The notes: generated by a model not told the origin, from the letters alone. A DNA stretch of 64,000 nucleotides from Lama guanicoe (GCA_013239625.1 MU054187.1:9879231-9943230); one strand, 5' to 3'. Shown: positions 26,204 through 40,340, numbered from the stretch's first letter. Translations and numbers: made by a program.

Positions 26204-28466
26204 GGTCAAGCATTGTTAGTAAACTATTTTTAGGTCTTGAGCTAACTAGAAGTCCATAATGTTTATGTCTGTCTAAATGCATTACCCTTCCAACAGTTCA
26301 TCGTTCCCTAGTTTTAAGTAATGTGGTGTTTTACCTTAAATATTAAGACTAGTTAGAAAATTTAAAAACAATCCCCCCTGAAAAGTGGTGTTCATGTATA
26401 ATTCTCACATTAGCAGCATATCAAATTCACTTCTTTGAAGCTATAGAGCTTTTCAGATGGTTTTAATTATTCACATGGTGTGCTCTCATATATAAGATCA
26501 TAAATTAATTTCCTATTTATTCTAATTTGTGTAACTTTATTTAAGCCCAGAATCTTAATAGCCTTAAGTATATTGGAAACACATGAAGAAATGATAGAAG
26601 GATTACATTGAAGTTGTGGTAAAAGATGAAAGCTAAACACAGTCATGTTTTAAAGGACTGATTTAGTATCATCAATAATACAAATAATAAAATTGAAGTT
26701 TATTCAAATAAAAAATTGAGGTACAGTTGGTTACTGTACTTCAATTTAAAAAATTATACTTCAATTTAAAAAAAGAAATTAAAACATAATTATAAATTGA
26801 GAAGGGAGTATAAAGTAGCAACTTCTAGGAACAAAAATGAATCATGTAAATAAAACATTTATTTGGAGATGAGCTTATACCAGCAAGTTTTTAGGAAGGT
26901 AAATAGTTTAAAGTTATGGCTTGTGATGTTAAACATATTCATAGTTATATGATAGGTATTTATAATCCTCTAAAAATCTAACATAAAGGTCACAGAGCTC
27001 TATTCTTGATGCATTCATCTCTTAGGTTATGAAAAGTACAACTGTAGTTCATCAAAATGTGCCCCAAGGCACAATACCATTTTACTCAGTCATTAGAAAG
27101 TTTAGCATAATTGCTTAGTATAATCCAAAGAAAATATGAGTACCGACATCAGGGACTCTCCAATTTGTTAGGCAATTGTTCCATAATTTTTGGCACCAGG
27201 ATAATCCACATGTTGAAAAAGCAATTAATCATTGGTGTTAGTTATCAAGCTATGATTTTAGCTGTTTCCTCCCAAATTTGACCTGAAGTGACAGAGTTCC
27301 TTATTTTATTTTTGTAATATTCTGATTCCTGAGATCAAAAGTTTAAATACGCCAATCTGGTTACAGTTGACCTGAGTTTCGTGTTACTAGTTTTCTAAAG
27401 TAAGTAGATCATAACTTTGTATTTACAAAGATAAATGGCATTTCTTCCAGTAGTATTTGGATAAAAGGTTTAGAAATTTTTAGAAACTTACAGACTGATT
27501 ACCTCAGAACAAATTACTTGAAGTCCTTAAATTAGCATTTGGCCCCAAGAAGTTAAATGTATTTGCTGTTAAAAGTTATATTGAAAATAGACCATAATGA
27601 GAGAACACACAATTAGATTTTCAATTTTCTAACTAACAAATGCAATGACATAAACACATCAATTATTAAACAATGAATGAAATAATTACCCCATCATAAT
27701 TTGAACATAATTAACTTTTACTTATATCATATGGATGAGCAAAAATAAGAGGCATCATTCTATGTAGTATGTTTCTCTGTCTTAAAAAAAAAACCTAAAA
27801 AACAAAAAACCACATTGCTCACCCATGTGTGTGTGTTTGGAGTTTATAGTTAAAACAACCCAGAAATTTAGAAAGAAACCTTGGAAACTCAGCAGTCTAT
27901 GTTCAGTTCAGTTTAGTCAGCTACATGTGGATACAGTGCAGGCTTAGCAATATAAATGAACTCTTCTCTGCATGCATGACTTATGCATCTGTACCTCATC
28001 ACTCACAGAACAGTTTTTGGAAAGTCTGAACCTCTGCAGTATGCAGCACTCCAACTCCCAAACAGTTCCTCTGATTCATTGTAAAGTTACTTATGCTCCT
28101 GCTCTTCTGTGTTTATTTTCAAGTGGCTGTACTATAGGGTAGTTTATTATTCTATTGTGCAATGCAGTGATTTTTCAAAATCCTGAATACCAGGTAGTCA
28201 CACTAATTTGTGACGACATTCTTCAGACTTGATCCCTCAAATGGAGCATGTGATGTTTGGTCTCAGAGCTTATTTTCCAGTTTCAGAAACAATGGAGCAC
28301 AAATGATTTCTCTGCCCCTGTTGGCTCTCTGTTCTTGGCAGTACTACTGATTTCAAAATAACTTGTGTGGTGTCTTATCATTAATCAATGAATAAAGTGT
28401 GTAGAAAGAAGTACTCATATAACTGGACAGTGTAACCTAAAAGTGGTACTAAATGCATACATTCTC

Positions 28467-28469
<3 letters not shown>

Positions 28470-28499
<30 letters not shown>
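28470..28499. repeat. (TA)n microsatellite
   Basis: About 15 perfect TA units. Confidence 0.95.
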
Positions 28500-28501
<2 letters not shown>

Positions 28502-29104
28502 TTAATGTTTAATTGTTTGGAACTAGGACCTTAAAACAATCTGGAAAATTTGGAACACCCTTGATTCTGGGATCTCACTGTATCCTTAACTGGTCCCAAT
28601 CCCTATTCCATATGCATTGACTTCTTTCCATCTCTGCTCCAGTCTGTGCTTCTGGCTCCAGTTTTATTACTTGGACATTGGGATTTAGTTTTTGATGATG
28701 ACTGACATTTCCTGTATATTATCACCAAAGAACTTGAGAAATTATCTCTGAAAAAATTTGAAGCTGAACAAAAAACAGACTTCACTTAGAAAACGGCCTT
28801 TTTAGCTCCTGAATAGCTCAAGGCTGTAAGATAATATTCTGCTGGAAAAGGCAACCCCAATTCATGATTTAGTTTCTGAATGATGATGGCTGAAAACTGA
28901 ACCTTGATTTATTGAAAATCTCAATATTATGAATTGGAGCACTTATACCAAAAGCAATCATGACAATATATTAACATTTAATATACTTTAGAAATATTTG
29001 TAAAGGCGCTTACTTTTAATAAAGTTACTGCATATACAGTATAATGCAAATGCTCTTTTCTGGGGCTATTTTTGCCTGGGCTGGACCATTGAGCAGAGGG
29101 GAGG

Positions 29105-29555
29105 GACACTGTTGGTTGTCCCTGTAGTATCCATTTAGCCTTAGTGTGTAGCAGTCATGCATTTTGGGTGTCATTGGCCCCACTCCCAGCTCCAGGAGTT
29201 GCCCTTAATTGGTCTACACCAGTCACTATATTATATATATATAATCCCAGGGTTGGGCTCGTGACCCCAAGTTAGACCTATCAGAGTGAAATCAGAACCT
29301 TATTTTGAAAATTGTGAGTAGCTTTTCCCTGTAACTGGATGGTGTGGTGTGCAGCTATTTCGGAGGGATCCAACTTGAGGTTTACATCAACATGTGGAGG
29401 GCAGAGCTGAGAACCATTACAGGAAGCCTAATCCAACTATACCTAAGCCAAGTATGATTTTGGACTCTGAAGTTAGGTCAGCCAACAGTTGTTTTTAATT
29501 GTTTAAATTTGTTGTCCTTCTTGTTGTTACTGCAACCAAGGCATCATAACTGACA
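29105..29555 (+). mobile_element. MaLR (MLT1-like) LTR relic
   Basis: CCCCACTCCCAGCTCCAGG...TGGACTCTGAAGTTA...GTTACTGCAACCAAGGCATCATAACTGAC pattern. Confidence 0.55.
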
Positions 29556-30199
29556 TACTGAGTCCAATGATGTTAGGACTGACAAGTCTTTTTCTGCCAG
29601 TTCCGTCTTTTGTTAGCATAGGCATTTCCATCACACCAAGAATGCAATTGATTAGCTCACCAATGTCAGATTAAACATGGGTAGCAGTATTCATGTCTTG
29701 GAATGAAAACTCCTAGTATGTTTTCATGGTGACTTCAGTGACTCCTTACTCTTTCATGTTAAAACCTTAACCATTCAGCCATGTCTGAGAAACCTCAAGG
29801 AGTTTGTCATTGTTCCTAATTGAATGGCTCCATATGTGTTGGTGTTGCTGAAGGGTGTGGCAGTAAATACAGATTTTGGCTGCTCATTGGGGACAGTCAT
29901 TTTTTAAAAATGGAGGTCTTTTTTTTTAATGGCCTAAAAATAGAGGTCAGCCATCTAAATGAGCCATCTCAAATTGGGATGCCTGCTTTTATTTAGAAGG
30001 ATATAAAGTGAGATAAAAAAATGGTTCATTATCAACTGTTTGAGAAAGTATTTGGATACAATGTTAACTGGCTTCCTTATCTTACCAGAGAACACCTCAT
30101 TGGTAAAAATAATAAAACTTTAGGCTTTGTTTTCCTTGTCTTCAGGACAGCATGTGAAGTCACTTATAAAGTAATTCTTTAACTTTTCTTACCTCTCTG

Positions 30200-30890
30200 C
30201 TCTTGTGGTCTCCTCCTCCTCTGACCATTTTTAAATTTGATGTTTGCCACAGTTCATCTTGGGCCCTCTTCTCACTCTTGCACAGATCATCTCATCTGAT
30301 CTCACCAGCCCTTGCCCACAACTTTCTTAACAAGAGTGCTCTTAGAAACCTTTAGTACATTTCTGTTGTTTAAAACTCTTTAACTCCTTATTGCTGTTAG
30401 GATAAAGCCCAAAAGGCCCCTGCAGGATCTATGCTCATCCTGCCCACTAAAGTGGTCTCTTGTCACTCCTAAAGTCCTACTTGATACTCTTAAGTCTAAC
30501 TGAAATCTCAAGTTTTTGAAGGTTCTAGGTTCTTGCTCTCTGCCTTAGGCCTTCCACACATTGCTGTTCTCTATGCCTGTAAAAGTAATTGCCTCCCCAT
30601 TATGCTTTTTCTGGCTAGTCTTTCTTTCAAATTTCAGCTCAATGTCAGGTCACTTCCTTCAGGAAGCCTACCTGGGTAACTCTTCTCTGGGGTAAGTGTT
30701 CCTCTTGAGTGTTTCCCAGCACACTTATTTCCCCCTTCGTAGCAGTATACTGAGATTCTTGTTAACTTAGCTTTTTCCTTCATTGTTAAGTTCTGTGAGG
30801 ACAGCGGCCAGGTCTATCTTGTTCAGAATATCCCCAGAGAGTAAAACTGGGCTGGTTCAGTAAAGGTATTTGGTGAATATCTGAATGACT
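30200..30890. mobile_element. L2 LINE fragments
   Basis: TCAGCTCAATGTC...TTCCTTCAGGAAGCC...AAGTTCTGTGAGGACAG...TATTTGGTGAAT 3'-end pattern. Confidence 0.6.
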
Positions 30891-31297
30891 AGATACCTTG
30901 TGGCAGGCTCTGTCTGAAATAGGTTATTTGATTTTCATGAAAATAATTTATGGTGTGATTTGGTTAATGTTTCATAGAATATAAAATATTACATTAAATT
31001 GTATTTTTACCAACAGATTGTTCAAAAGAAGGTTTAGGCAAATTGAAAAGTGGCTCTTACAGTATGGTTACAGTATGGCAAGTGAAATGATGACATCTTT
31101 TGACTGATTTAGATAGGCAAGAATTCTTTAAAAAGGGAAAGGTTCTAATAAATATTTATTTCCCTCATATTTTTTTCACATTTTATTTTATTATTATTTT
31201 AAAAATTTCCCTCATATTTAAGAACATTAAAGGATACTAGAAAAATAATGTAACCCCTCCCACAAAACAATGAAGGAACAATTTCATTTTAAAGAAT

Positions 31298-31303
31298 TTT
31301 ATT
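31298..31303 (-). terminator. COPS5 polyadenylation signal AATAAA
   Basis: AATAAA about 130 nt after the stop codon, followed by a U/GU-rich tract on the minus strand. Confidence 0.75.
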
Positions 31304-31435
31304 ATAGGATGTTAATATTCAGGACACTTCAGAGCACCTTATTCTTCTAATTAGATTTTTGGTAACTGGTTTTAAACTGTTATTTGAGTATTTTCTCATA
31401 CTGGCTTTCAGGCAAAAGTACTACTTAGTGATTGT

Positions 31436-31633
<198 letters not shown>

Positions 31634-33196
31634 CTATTCATACTCCCCAAACCACACCAATTTATAGTTTATGCTAAAGTTTACTATTGTAACTTTCAGC
31701 CTCCTACATGTCTTTTGACCATTTCACTACTTACTAGCATCTTCACAAGAGAATGGCAATGTAAAATTTGATATAATTCATAATAGTTAATTTTGTTACT
31801 TGTCACAAGGTTTGGGAAAAGTTATGTTTTAGAAGGTTACTGAAATTGTGTATAATTCAGAATTATAGATGAATTCCAATATTACATTAAAATCTGCTAT
31901 TCCTTATTGTTCATTACTTAGAATAATTTTAAAAATCTTACACTTTTTTTCCCTGAAATAATCACAAACACCCTTCAAACAATTCAAAGTCAAAATTAGG
32001 CTAGTGAGTGAAGGACTTTGATTTTAGAATTGATAAAGGAAAAAAAAAGCAAAACAAAAAAATGATAAAAACCCCACCAATATTCAGAAGAGATGCAATT
32101 CTTGTAAAGTTACCCCAAAAAAGGAAAATTCTGCTTTTGTACTACTACTTTTAGCCTTCCTACTTCTCTTCTTATATAACTACACATTCCCACAGTGAAA
32201 TTTTTTGCTTCATAAGAAACTGAGATGTAAAGGCAGATAAAATTATAAATCAGACATACAAAGACAGATGAGCAAAATGACACACTTAGAGCAAGTATCC
32301 AAAGTAAGACCTGCTGTCAAATAAAAATTTAATTCTTATTCAGGCTACTAGCCCTCTGCCTTTTAAAAACCCACGGAGAAGAAAGGAATGAGATGATTCC
32401 AACTCAGCATAGCTGCTACTCCTAATACACTTCAACTTCCCTTCTCTCTCCTCTTTCCTAGTCTAGTTTTCCTTCAAGTGGATACCAAGGTATCTGTTTA
32501 CATAGATGTCCACATAGTTTTCTCTTCCTCTTCACCTCTATCTATCACATTCAAATGCAAATTTTTGTGAAAGTAAATGTTATTTAGTAGTCTTCCCAAT
32601 CCTGTGTGCATCTGAAGGACCACATAATTATTTCATAAGTTATCAGAGAATGTATTCCAAGTTTGTTCCTAAAAATTCTTGGTAGTGAAATTTGAGATAC
32701 TAAATTACTGTATAGTATAAAGGATTTTTAGTATAAATGACTATTTCAGACAAATACTTTAAGAGAGATACAACTATTTCTCTGATATTTAGGGGTTTAA
32801 AACTTTATAAAAATTTGAAATTGGTTAATTTAAGAAATCCTAATTTAATCCTCCTAAAGATGACTTAAGTCAGAGTAGATTAGGACATCCTTTTGAATTC
32901 TTTTTTTTTTTCAAAAGATCCAGCAGTGGACCTGTTTTCTTAGTTATACTTTCTAGCTGAACCTAGAAAAGGTGATGAAAATTTTCATATTACCTAGACC
33001 TTTAAGCATTTAATATTCTTACCTAATATGCCCTAAATTTTCAAAGTTAAAACTTGCATTTGACAACTCTTAAAGGTCCAAAGAAGTAATATTCGGATAC
33101 CACCTAAGTTATAAGTAAGTTGAACTGTATGGAATTTGAATCCTGTTATTTGCAAATCTTGAAAGAAAAAGAGGAGCAGGAATAGGTTTGTTCTCA

Positions 33197-33382
<186 letters not shown>

Positions 33383-33614
33383 CTATCCCTTCAAAAAATA
33401 TACATGTATGTATATTCTCTTCTGTATAGAACATTTCATTTACAAAGTTCCACTATGAAATCTAAGTGGACAGTCAGTGAAGAAGTCAAATTGTACTTGT
33501 AAAGACTGATTCCAAAGCTCAGGCAGTTCAAGTGTAGAGTTCTTCCCCTTTTATAATTTCAAGATTAAATTTGGAATTTTTCTTTCTGACTGCTTAAATC
33601 TAATATTTGTTATT

Positions 33615-33850
33615 ATGAGAGGCTTTGAAGTACACAGATCTGAGTCCAGGTTCTGGCCCTGCTGTAGATTAGGTGGGAGGCCTTGGGAGGACTCCTTTAC
33701 TTTTCTGAGCCTTCAAGTCTTTTTGTGAAAATGGGGGAGGAAGGTGATAGTTTCTACCTTAAAGCTATTCTGAAGATTAAATTAAGTAATGTATATAAAG
33801 TTCTTAGGACTGTCCATGGCACCTGGTAAAGGGTTAATAATTGTTAGCTA
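33615..33850 (+). mobile_element. MIR SINE
   Basis: GGCTTTGAAGT...CTGAGCCT...TGAAAATGGGG...GAAGATTAAATTAAGTAATGTATATAAAG. Confidence 0.65.
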
Positions 33851-35674
33851 ATTTTGTTATTTTTTCTTGTTGAACTCCTAGAATTAGTATTTATGACAAT
33901 ATTTAAAATATTATATTTGTTTTAGCTTTTCTGATTATAAAACTAAGTTATATACAAAATTTGGAACATGTAGAATATAAAGAAAAAAGGAAATACCTAG
34001 AACCCCTCCACTTAGTGATAACTACAGTTATACTTTGGAGCATTTCTATATGCTCACACACACACTCACATGTAGTAAGCTGGAACATGATATATACTGT
34101 TAATATTTCATACATTTAAAAGAATTTTAATAATTACATATGTACACTTAACTGTAATATTTTAAAAAAGATTTTTATGGATCTTTACGTTATTCTATTT
34201 GCAGTTTATAAGACTGTACAGGAAATATATTTCGACAAGACACTTTTAGAAAGTTATTTGCTGTCATCATAGTTACTACAAAGAGCCCTTTAAAATGCTA
34301 CCGATGACTTTACAAACTCGGGATATTTTTAAACGATGCCAATTATATTCACTTTGTCTGAATCTACATGGTTTAGGTCACCAATACATTCCCTCCCAAC
34401 AGATTTGGAGACAACCCTAAGGTTTGTAGACCACTTCGCATTTGGAAGATTTAGCTCAAGCTGTAAAAATGTAAGATGGGAGAAACAGTCATACTATTAA
34501 AATGGGAAAAAAAAATCAGTTACAGTTCAAACACACAGAGAATTAACATAAATCAGAAAATAACTTCTTTTCTGGTAGCTTTTAGATTACATGCCTTAGC
34601 TGGGGAAAGAGATGAAATGAACATGTATTTATATATTTTTTCTTAAAATGCTGCAATGTACTAGGTATAAAATCACAAAAAGAGGAAATATGATTTGACA
34701 TTTTCTTTACTATTGTCTTCAATATATGCAGTGCTGGAATACAGGGACAGCCATAGGTTGAGTAAGTAGAGCTGTATATGCTTTTATACGAAAGTTAAGA
34801 CTGCTCTGGTCTTAAGTCCTCCCCTTGCCATCATGTGTTACTTCTGGCTGCTATTAGTAAACTTGCCTCTAAGGAACTACCACATATAAGGCATTTAGCA
34901 GGGTCTGATACATAGAAAGCATTTAATAAATGTTTGCTATTATGATCATTCACCTTCCTTCTAATTTGCTACTTTTGACTATTGAGGATAAGAAATAGGA
35001 ACAGAAAGCTTGTCAGAACTGTATTTAAAATCATAGTAAATATGCTCAAGTGAGGTCTTTTCCCATGAATACAATGACCCAAAGAAACAAAAAAATAATT
35101 TATTCAGGTTTTATTGTATGCCAAGCACTTTGTTAACTGTTTAATTTATAGAGTATTTCATATAATTCTCAGTGTACTTAACAATGTAGGTACTATTATC
35201 ATTGAGCCCAAGAAAGACTCAGTCACATTAAGTTAAGTTCTGAAGGTCACACACAGCTAGTGAAGTGGCAGTTATTTTTGAACTGAGTTTATTTTATTCT
35301 AAATTTTGTGGTTCTAACCACTATACTATACTGCTGTACTATATGAAGTGACTTACTTAAAAAAAAAAAGGTAAAACAAAATAAAAACACGGTTCCTTGC
35401 TAAGCTCTAGATAGAAGCTTGTTAAATAAATATCCTTCTAAATGTTAGAATCATTGCCTTTTTTCCTTCCCACCTGTTCAGCTTTAAGGTAGTGATATTC
35501 TGATTTCCTTCTGGGGACATTCTTAGTCCACATGCTCCTGAAGGAGTTTCTTCTACCCCAGCCCAGCACTGAAGCTCTTGCCCTGGCCCAGCCACTAATG
35601 GTATTCATTCCCTTTGCCCAGAACAGGTTTAAGGATGGGCATGTGACTTATAAAACTCAGACACAATGATGCTA

Positions 35675-35775
35675 TGTCTGGAAATATGCAGGTAGGTAGG
35701 TAGGGGTGTGTGTGTGTGTATGTGTGTATGTGTGTGTGTGTGTCTGGAAACATGCAGGTAGGCAGGCAGGTAGGG

Positions 35776-35808
<33 letters not shown>

Positions 35809-35874
35809 CGCCTGGAAACATGCAGGCAGGTAGGTAGGTAGGTAGGCGTGCGTGCGTGTGTGCCTGTGTGTATG
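35675..35874. repeat. Compound minisatellite, 3 units of about 66-68 bp, inside an MLT1-like LTR
   Basis: Unit = CTGGAAA(C/T)ATGCAGG + (TAGG/CAGG)n + (TG/CG)n. Confidence 0.9.
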
Positions 35875-36357
35875 AAGTTTGAAACTTAAGCTAACTGACC
35901 TGAAATTAAAGCTGACAGAGAAAGACTGAGACCTCATAATATTGTTTGCATGCAAACTGAGGCTGTGGCTGAAGAAAGCCCTACTCCTGGACTTTTCAGT
36001 TTACAGGATTCTCTTTTCTGTTTAAGCCAGTTTGGTTGGGTTTCTTGTCACTTGTAATCAGAGGCCTACCTGAGACACACAACAAAAAACAGTACTTATA
36101 TTTTTCTCTCTGTAAGTCTGTTTAAGGTAGGGGCAGATATTACCCTCACCTGGCCACTGTATTTGTCATCTAGACTTGGTCTCATTGGTATATGACGCAG
36201 ATTTTGGCTTGGCCTAGTACCCCAATCCACCTCTGGTTATGTAGTCTATGACCCCACCTGCTATCTTGGCCAGATCAGATATAGCCTTTCCATAAAAAAG
36301 GAACTTATATAGATTAGATAAAAATTCAAACACATTTCTTGCAAGCACAGTACTTAC

Positions 36358-36469
36358 AGTAAGCAAGCTAGAGGAACTCAGCGTATTCACCCAGTATTTA
36401 TTCCACAAAAGCTCAAGCAATTTGCGATCCAAAGAAGATTTGAAATATGAGACTTCTAAGGCATAATAT
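36358..36469 (-). CDS. COPS5: COPS5 exon 6
   Basis: [37 protein letters not shown]; 112 nt; AG/GTAAGT. Confidence 0.98.
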
Positions 36470-39400
36470 CTATGAAACAAAAGCACAAATTTAGTAGGGA
36501 AAAAAATTTCAACAGCATCATATAAAAGTTAAATATAAGTGAATTACATTTAAATCCAAATAGTCATGTTTTAATTTTTAGTCCAATAGAATAATAGGTA
36601 AACATGGTTTCCTTACTCTTCAGGGGTGTAGTTTCAAATCTTCCATTAACTATAAACAATCTTGTGTTATATTTCTTCCCTCTGTAGAGTCCAGTAATTC
36701 CTAAGGAGTTATCAAGAACTAATCAAAACTTCTCAGTGATACATGTTTATCCATGTCACTGAGTTCATAAATTCCAGCCAATAGCACATAAACTTAATGA
36801 ACTGCCTCTCAAGGGTCAACTGTAACTTTTGTTAGGCTTTTAAAAATACTGAAAATGACACGTTGATTCCCCATTCCTCACTTTCTAATCCCAATTAGGG
36901 CCTACTGCTTTTTGGAAAAGCAAACTTCAAAATAGGTCCTTAAAGCATGAAAAATAATTTCTGCTTCCAAAGGTGCCTAATTTATAATAAGGGGTAGCAA
37001 GAAAAACTTGGTTAAATGTATGAAAAACATATATATTTTTTAAAGTAATAAATATTTGAATATCTCACTATGTTCTGTAAATCAATGGATACAAAGAAAC
37101 ACAAGGGACTTCTTTACCTTAAGGAGCTTACCATTTTTATGGGAAATTTGGAATGAATCTACAAAAAGTGAAATATTAATGATGTATGTTGAATAACAAT
37201 AAGTGATGCTATAGTGCACATTTAATTACCCACCAATTAAACGCTAGAAATGAGTACTCATGTATAGACAGAACTACCTGAGAAGTCCCAGGACTTAAGA
37301 GTAACTCTTGCATGAGTCTACAGTGTGGTTATGTTTAGAGCAAGGAGGGCATTATGCAGAGAGCACTGACTCACAAAAAGGAAAGTCATGAAAGGGCTAA
37401 TACGTTAACCAGTTTGCCTGGACAGTTTAGCAGTAGCAGAATTATGTGAGGGAAACCTAGAAAGCTATGTTGGGGTCTAGTTGGCAGAGGACATTACAAA
37501 AAAGGCTAAGAAATTATCTTCTAGGTACTTGGGACTCATGGAAGGTGTTTAAGCAGGTCAAGAATATAGCCAAAGAAGTGTTTTAGAAAGCTGGCTGTGG
37601 TAGAATGTGTTAAAGGAGAGACAGTGGAGGCAAGGATAACTCAAAGGATGGCGTTGCAGTGGGGCAGATGTGAGGAGAAAAGGCTGACTCAGGTTAGTGA
37701 TGCAAAAGATAAAGACACAAGGATACAACCAAAAAATGCTTGTTGATTCAATTAAAGAGTGAAGAAATTAGAATATGAATTTAAAGACATCAGAATTAAG
37801 TAATAGCCTTTTCAATATTAAGATACTTATGCATATGTGTAGACGAAAAGGACACAGCTAGTGAAATGTAGAAGTGGAATAAAGTATTTCTTGAGCACCC
37901 ATTATGTCCTAGTGCTTTGCATACATTCTCATTTAATCTTCCCCACAATTATACAAGGAAGGATTTATTATTCCCATTCTACAGACAAAGAAATAGCTCT
38001 AGAGAGTAAAGGCCTCATTCAAAGCCTCACAGAAAGTGGCAGCAAAAGGATGTAAGTTATGTCTGTTAACGAAAACTTTAGTCTTTACTATTACATCCAG
38101 AGTGTAGACATTTAAGACATTATTTAAGAAGTGAGGCCCTAGGAGTTGAATGGGTTAGGCATGGGGAAGGGGGGTGGGGGCTCCAGTGGAAAGATAAGCT
38201 TTAGAAAGGAGAGGTTGTACCTGACAATTTAGAAAAAAGAGGTGAGAGGATGAGCACAGCAGCAGATACTTAGATCTACAAAGGATAGAAAATAAGGGAA
38301 CTCAAACTTGAGGGTCTAGAATAGACTTTTATGTTTTAAAACTTATGGATCACCTTAATGTAATTACTGTTTTAATTCCGTAGGTTGATGCAATGAAATT
38401 TTTTGGTCTAATATGTAGTGATTAGCTGCAAATCTCAGTAGCAGAGTTGAAAACAAGAAGAATATTCAAAATTACTCGTGGAGCTAAATCCTCATCTTCT
38501 TTACAGGAAGTCAATAATAGATACTGCCTAGAACTGAAAATCAAGAAGTAGCACTATCAGCATGCTGTTTGAAGTTATGGGGGTAAATACTTAAATGGAA
38601 TAACTATCACAGTTTAAGGGACTGTCTCTGGGGAATGGGAAAGGGAACGGTACAAGATTGTTTATTTTATAATAAATTTCATAGAACCATTTGACTCTAT
38701 AACACTGATAATATACAAGCTAATTTACAAAATAGTTTGTGTCCTATTTTCACTCTTCAAAGTTAAGTATATTTAATATCTACATTTTATTTTATGTTTA
38801 AAACAAACTTTGGATTATGATCTGAGGTTTAAGGTAGGAAAGAAAAAAGAAAGGTCAATATAAATTGCAAATAATAGCTCACTGTCAAATAATTTCGGAG
38901 ATGGCTGTATAACCAGCCTGCACAAAACCCCTGCTCTTTCAACTTGGCACTATGTTTCATTAAAGATTTGAAATAAAAATAAATTAAGCCATTTATTTGC
39001 CCTTTGAAAAAGTTTACTCTTTATTTAGGAACTCGTCCTAAGTAAGGAAGTATCTGTGAATATCCTGTAACTGCAAAATTCTAGGCTCTAGCAATGTAGT
39101 AGCTAGAAAGCGCTACTCCTCTTGGATAGGCTCATATTTCAGGAAAACAGGAAATGCAGGCTTGTTTGGATACAGAAAGCATAGACTGCCTCAGTTTTTT
39201 TTGTTTGTCTCAAAAGTTGCTGCTGGTGAAAAAAAGCAGAGTAGATATTAAAGGTATAAGCTTTTGATATCGTAACTCAATATAAATGAAAAAAAATGGA
39301 TTGTTAACTCTGAAAATTGAAGAATCACAGCAAAGGTGTTTCCATGCTTAGAAGCAATTCTCTCAAAGAGAAATGGCTTAAATTCTTTTCAGTAGGACCG

Positions 39401-39629
39401 ATTAAGTGATTTAATCCCAAACCTCTAATTGAAAAATAAAATAGAATCTTTTTTTTCCAGACATATGTCAGGGATGACTGAAAACCAGAAGTATTTAAAA
39501 ACTCATTTTTAGAAATTCTGGAATTTTCTAAGAATTTTGAAACAGAAAAATAAGAGCAGTAGTAGCATAGGCGATATGGCGAAAAGGGACACTATATAGT
39601 CATTTAGGCCACATTTTTTTTGAGGGGGT

Positions 39630-40340
39630 GCCCACCCTACTATGTGCCATACCCCGTTTTAAATGATAGGACAGAGCAGTGAATTGATTCTACCCTCATG
39701 AAGTTCACACTCTAACGTGGTCAATAACAAGGAAGCAAAAACACAGCAAATGGTGACAGGTGCTAAGAAGAAAAATAAAGCCTGGAAAGGGAACACTGAG
39801 TGACAGGAAGGTGCTATTTTAAATAGCATGACCAATGAACATTCTCTGTTAAGGTATCCTTTAAAGAGATACTCACTGATTAAAATAGTGAGTCACATGG
39901 AAATAAGGAATAATGTTCCAGGCAGAGGGACTAGCAAGTGCAAAGGCCCTGAGGCAGGAGCCTGCCTAGTACATCTGACAAACTATAAAAAGGCTACTAT
40001 GGCTGGAGTGGAGAGAGCAAAAGCTCAGTGACAGGAGATAGTGTCAGAGTGGTTTTAGGGGCCAGACTACAAAGGGTTGGTAAGGTAAGGTCTGGTTGGT
40101 TCATGGCAAGGACTATGGATCTTATTCTTTGTGAGACGGGATGTCACTCTGAGAAGGAGGAACATGATATGACTTACATTTTGACAGAATCTGTTTGGCT
40201 GACAAAAGACCTTTAAGGGGTGAAGGGCAGAAGCAGGAAGACTAGCTAGAAGGCTAGTGCTTTGATTTAGGTTTCAGATGGCTGTGACTTGGGTCAAGGT
40301 GATAATTAAGAGAGGTGGCAAGATATATTTAGAAGGTGGA
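39630..40340. mobile_element. L2 LINE fragment
   Basis: TGTTCCAGGCAGAGGGACTAGCAAGTGCAAAGGCCCTGAGGCAGGAG...GGCTGGAGTGGAG. Confidence 0.75.

Noticed and set aside
26737..26773. 20-bp tandem duplication TACTTCAATTTAAAAAA(TTA)
   Set aside because: Ordinary local duplication in AT-rich DNA
35675..35874. CRISPR-like repeat-spacer pattern
   Set aside because: Mammalian intron; the spacers are related microsatellites, not unique; no cas genes
35629..35955. 108-aa His/Thr-rich ORF
   Set aside because: Translation of the compound microsatellite
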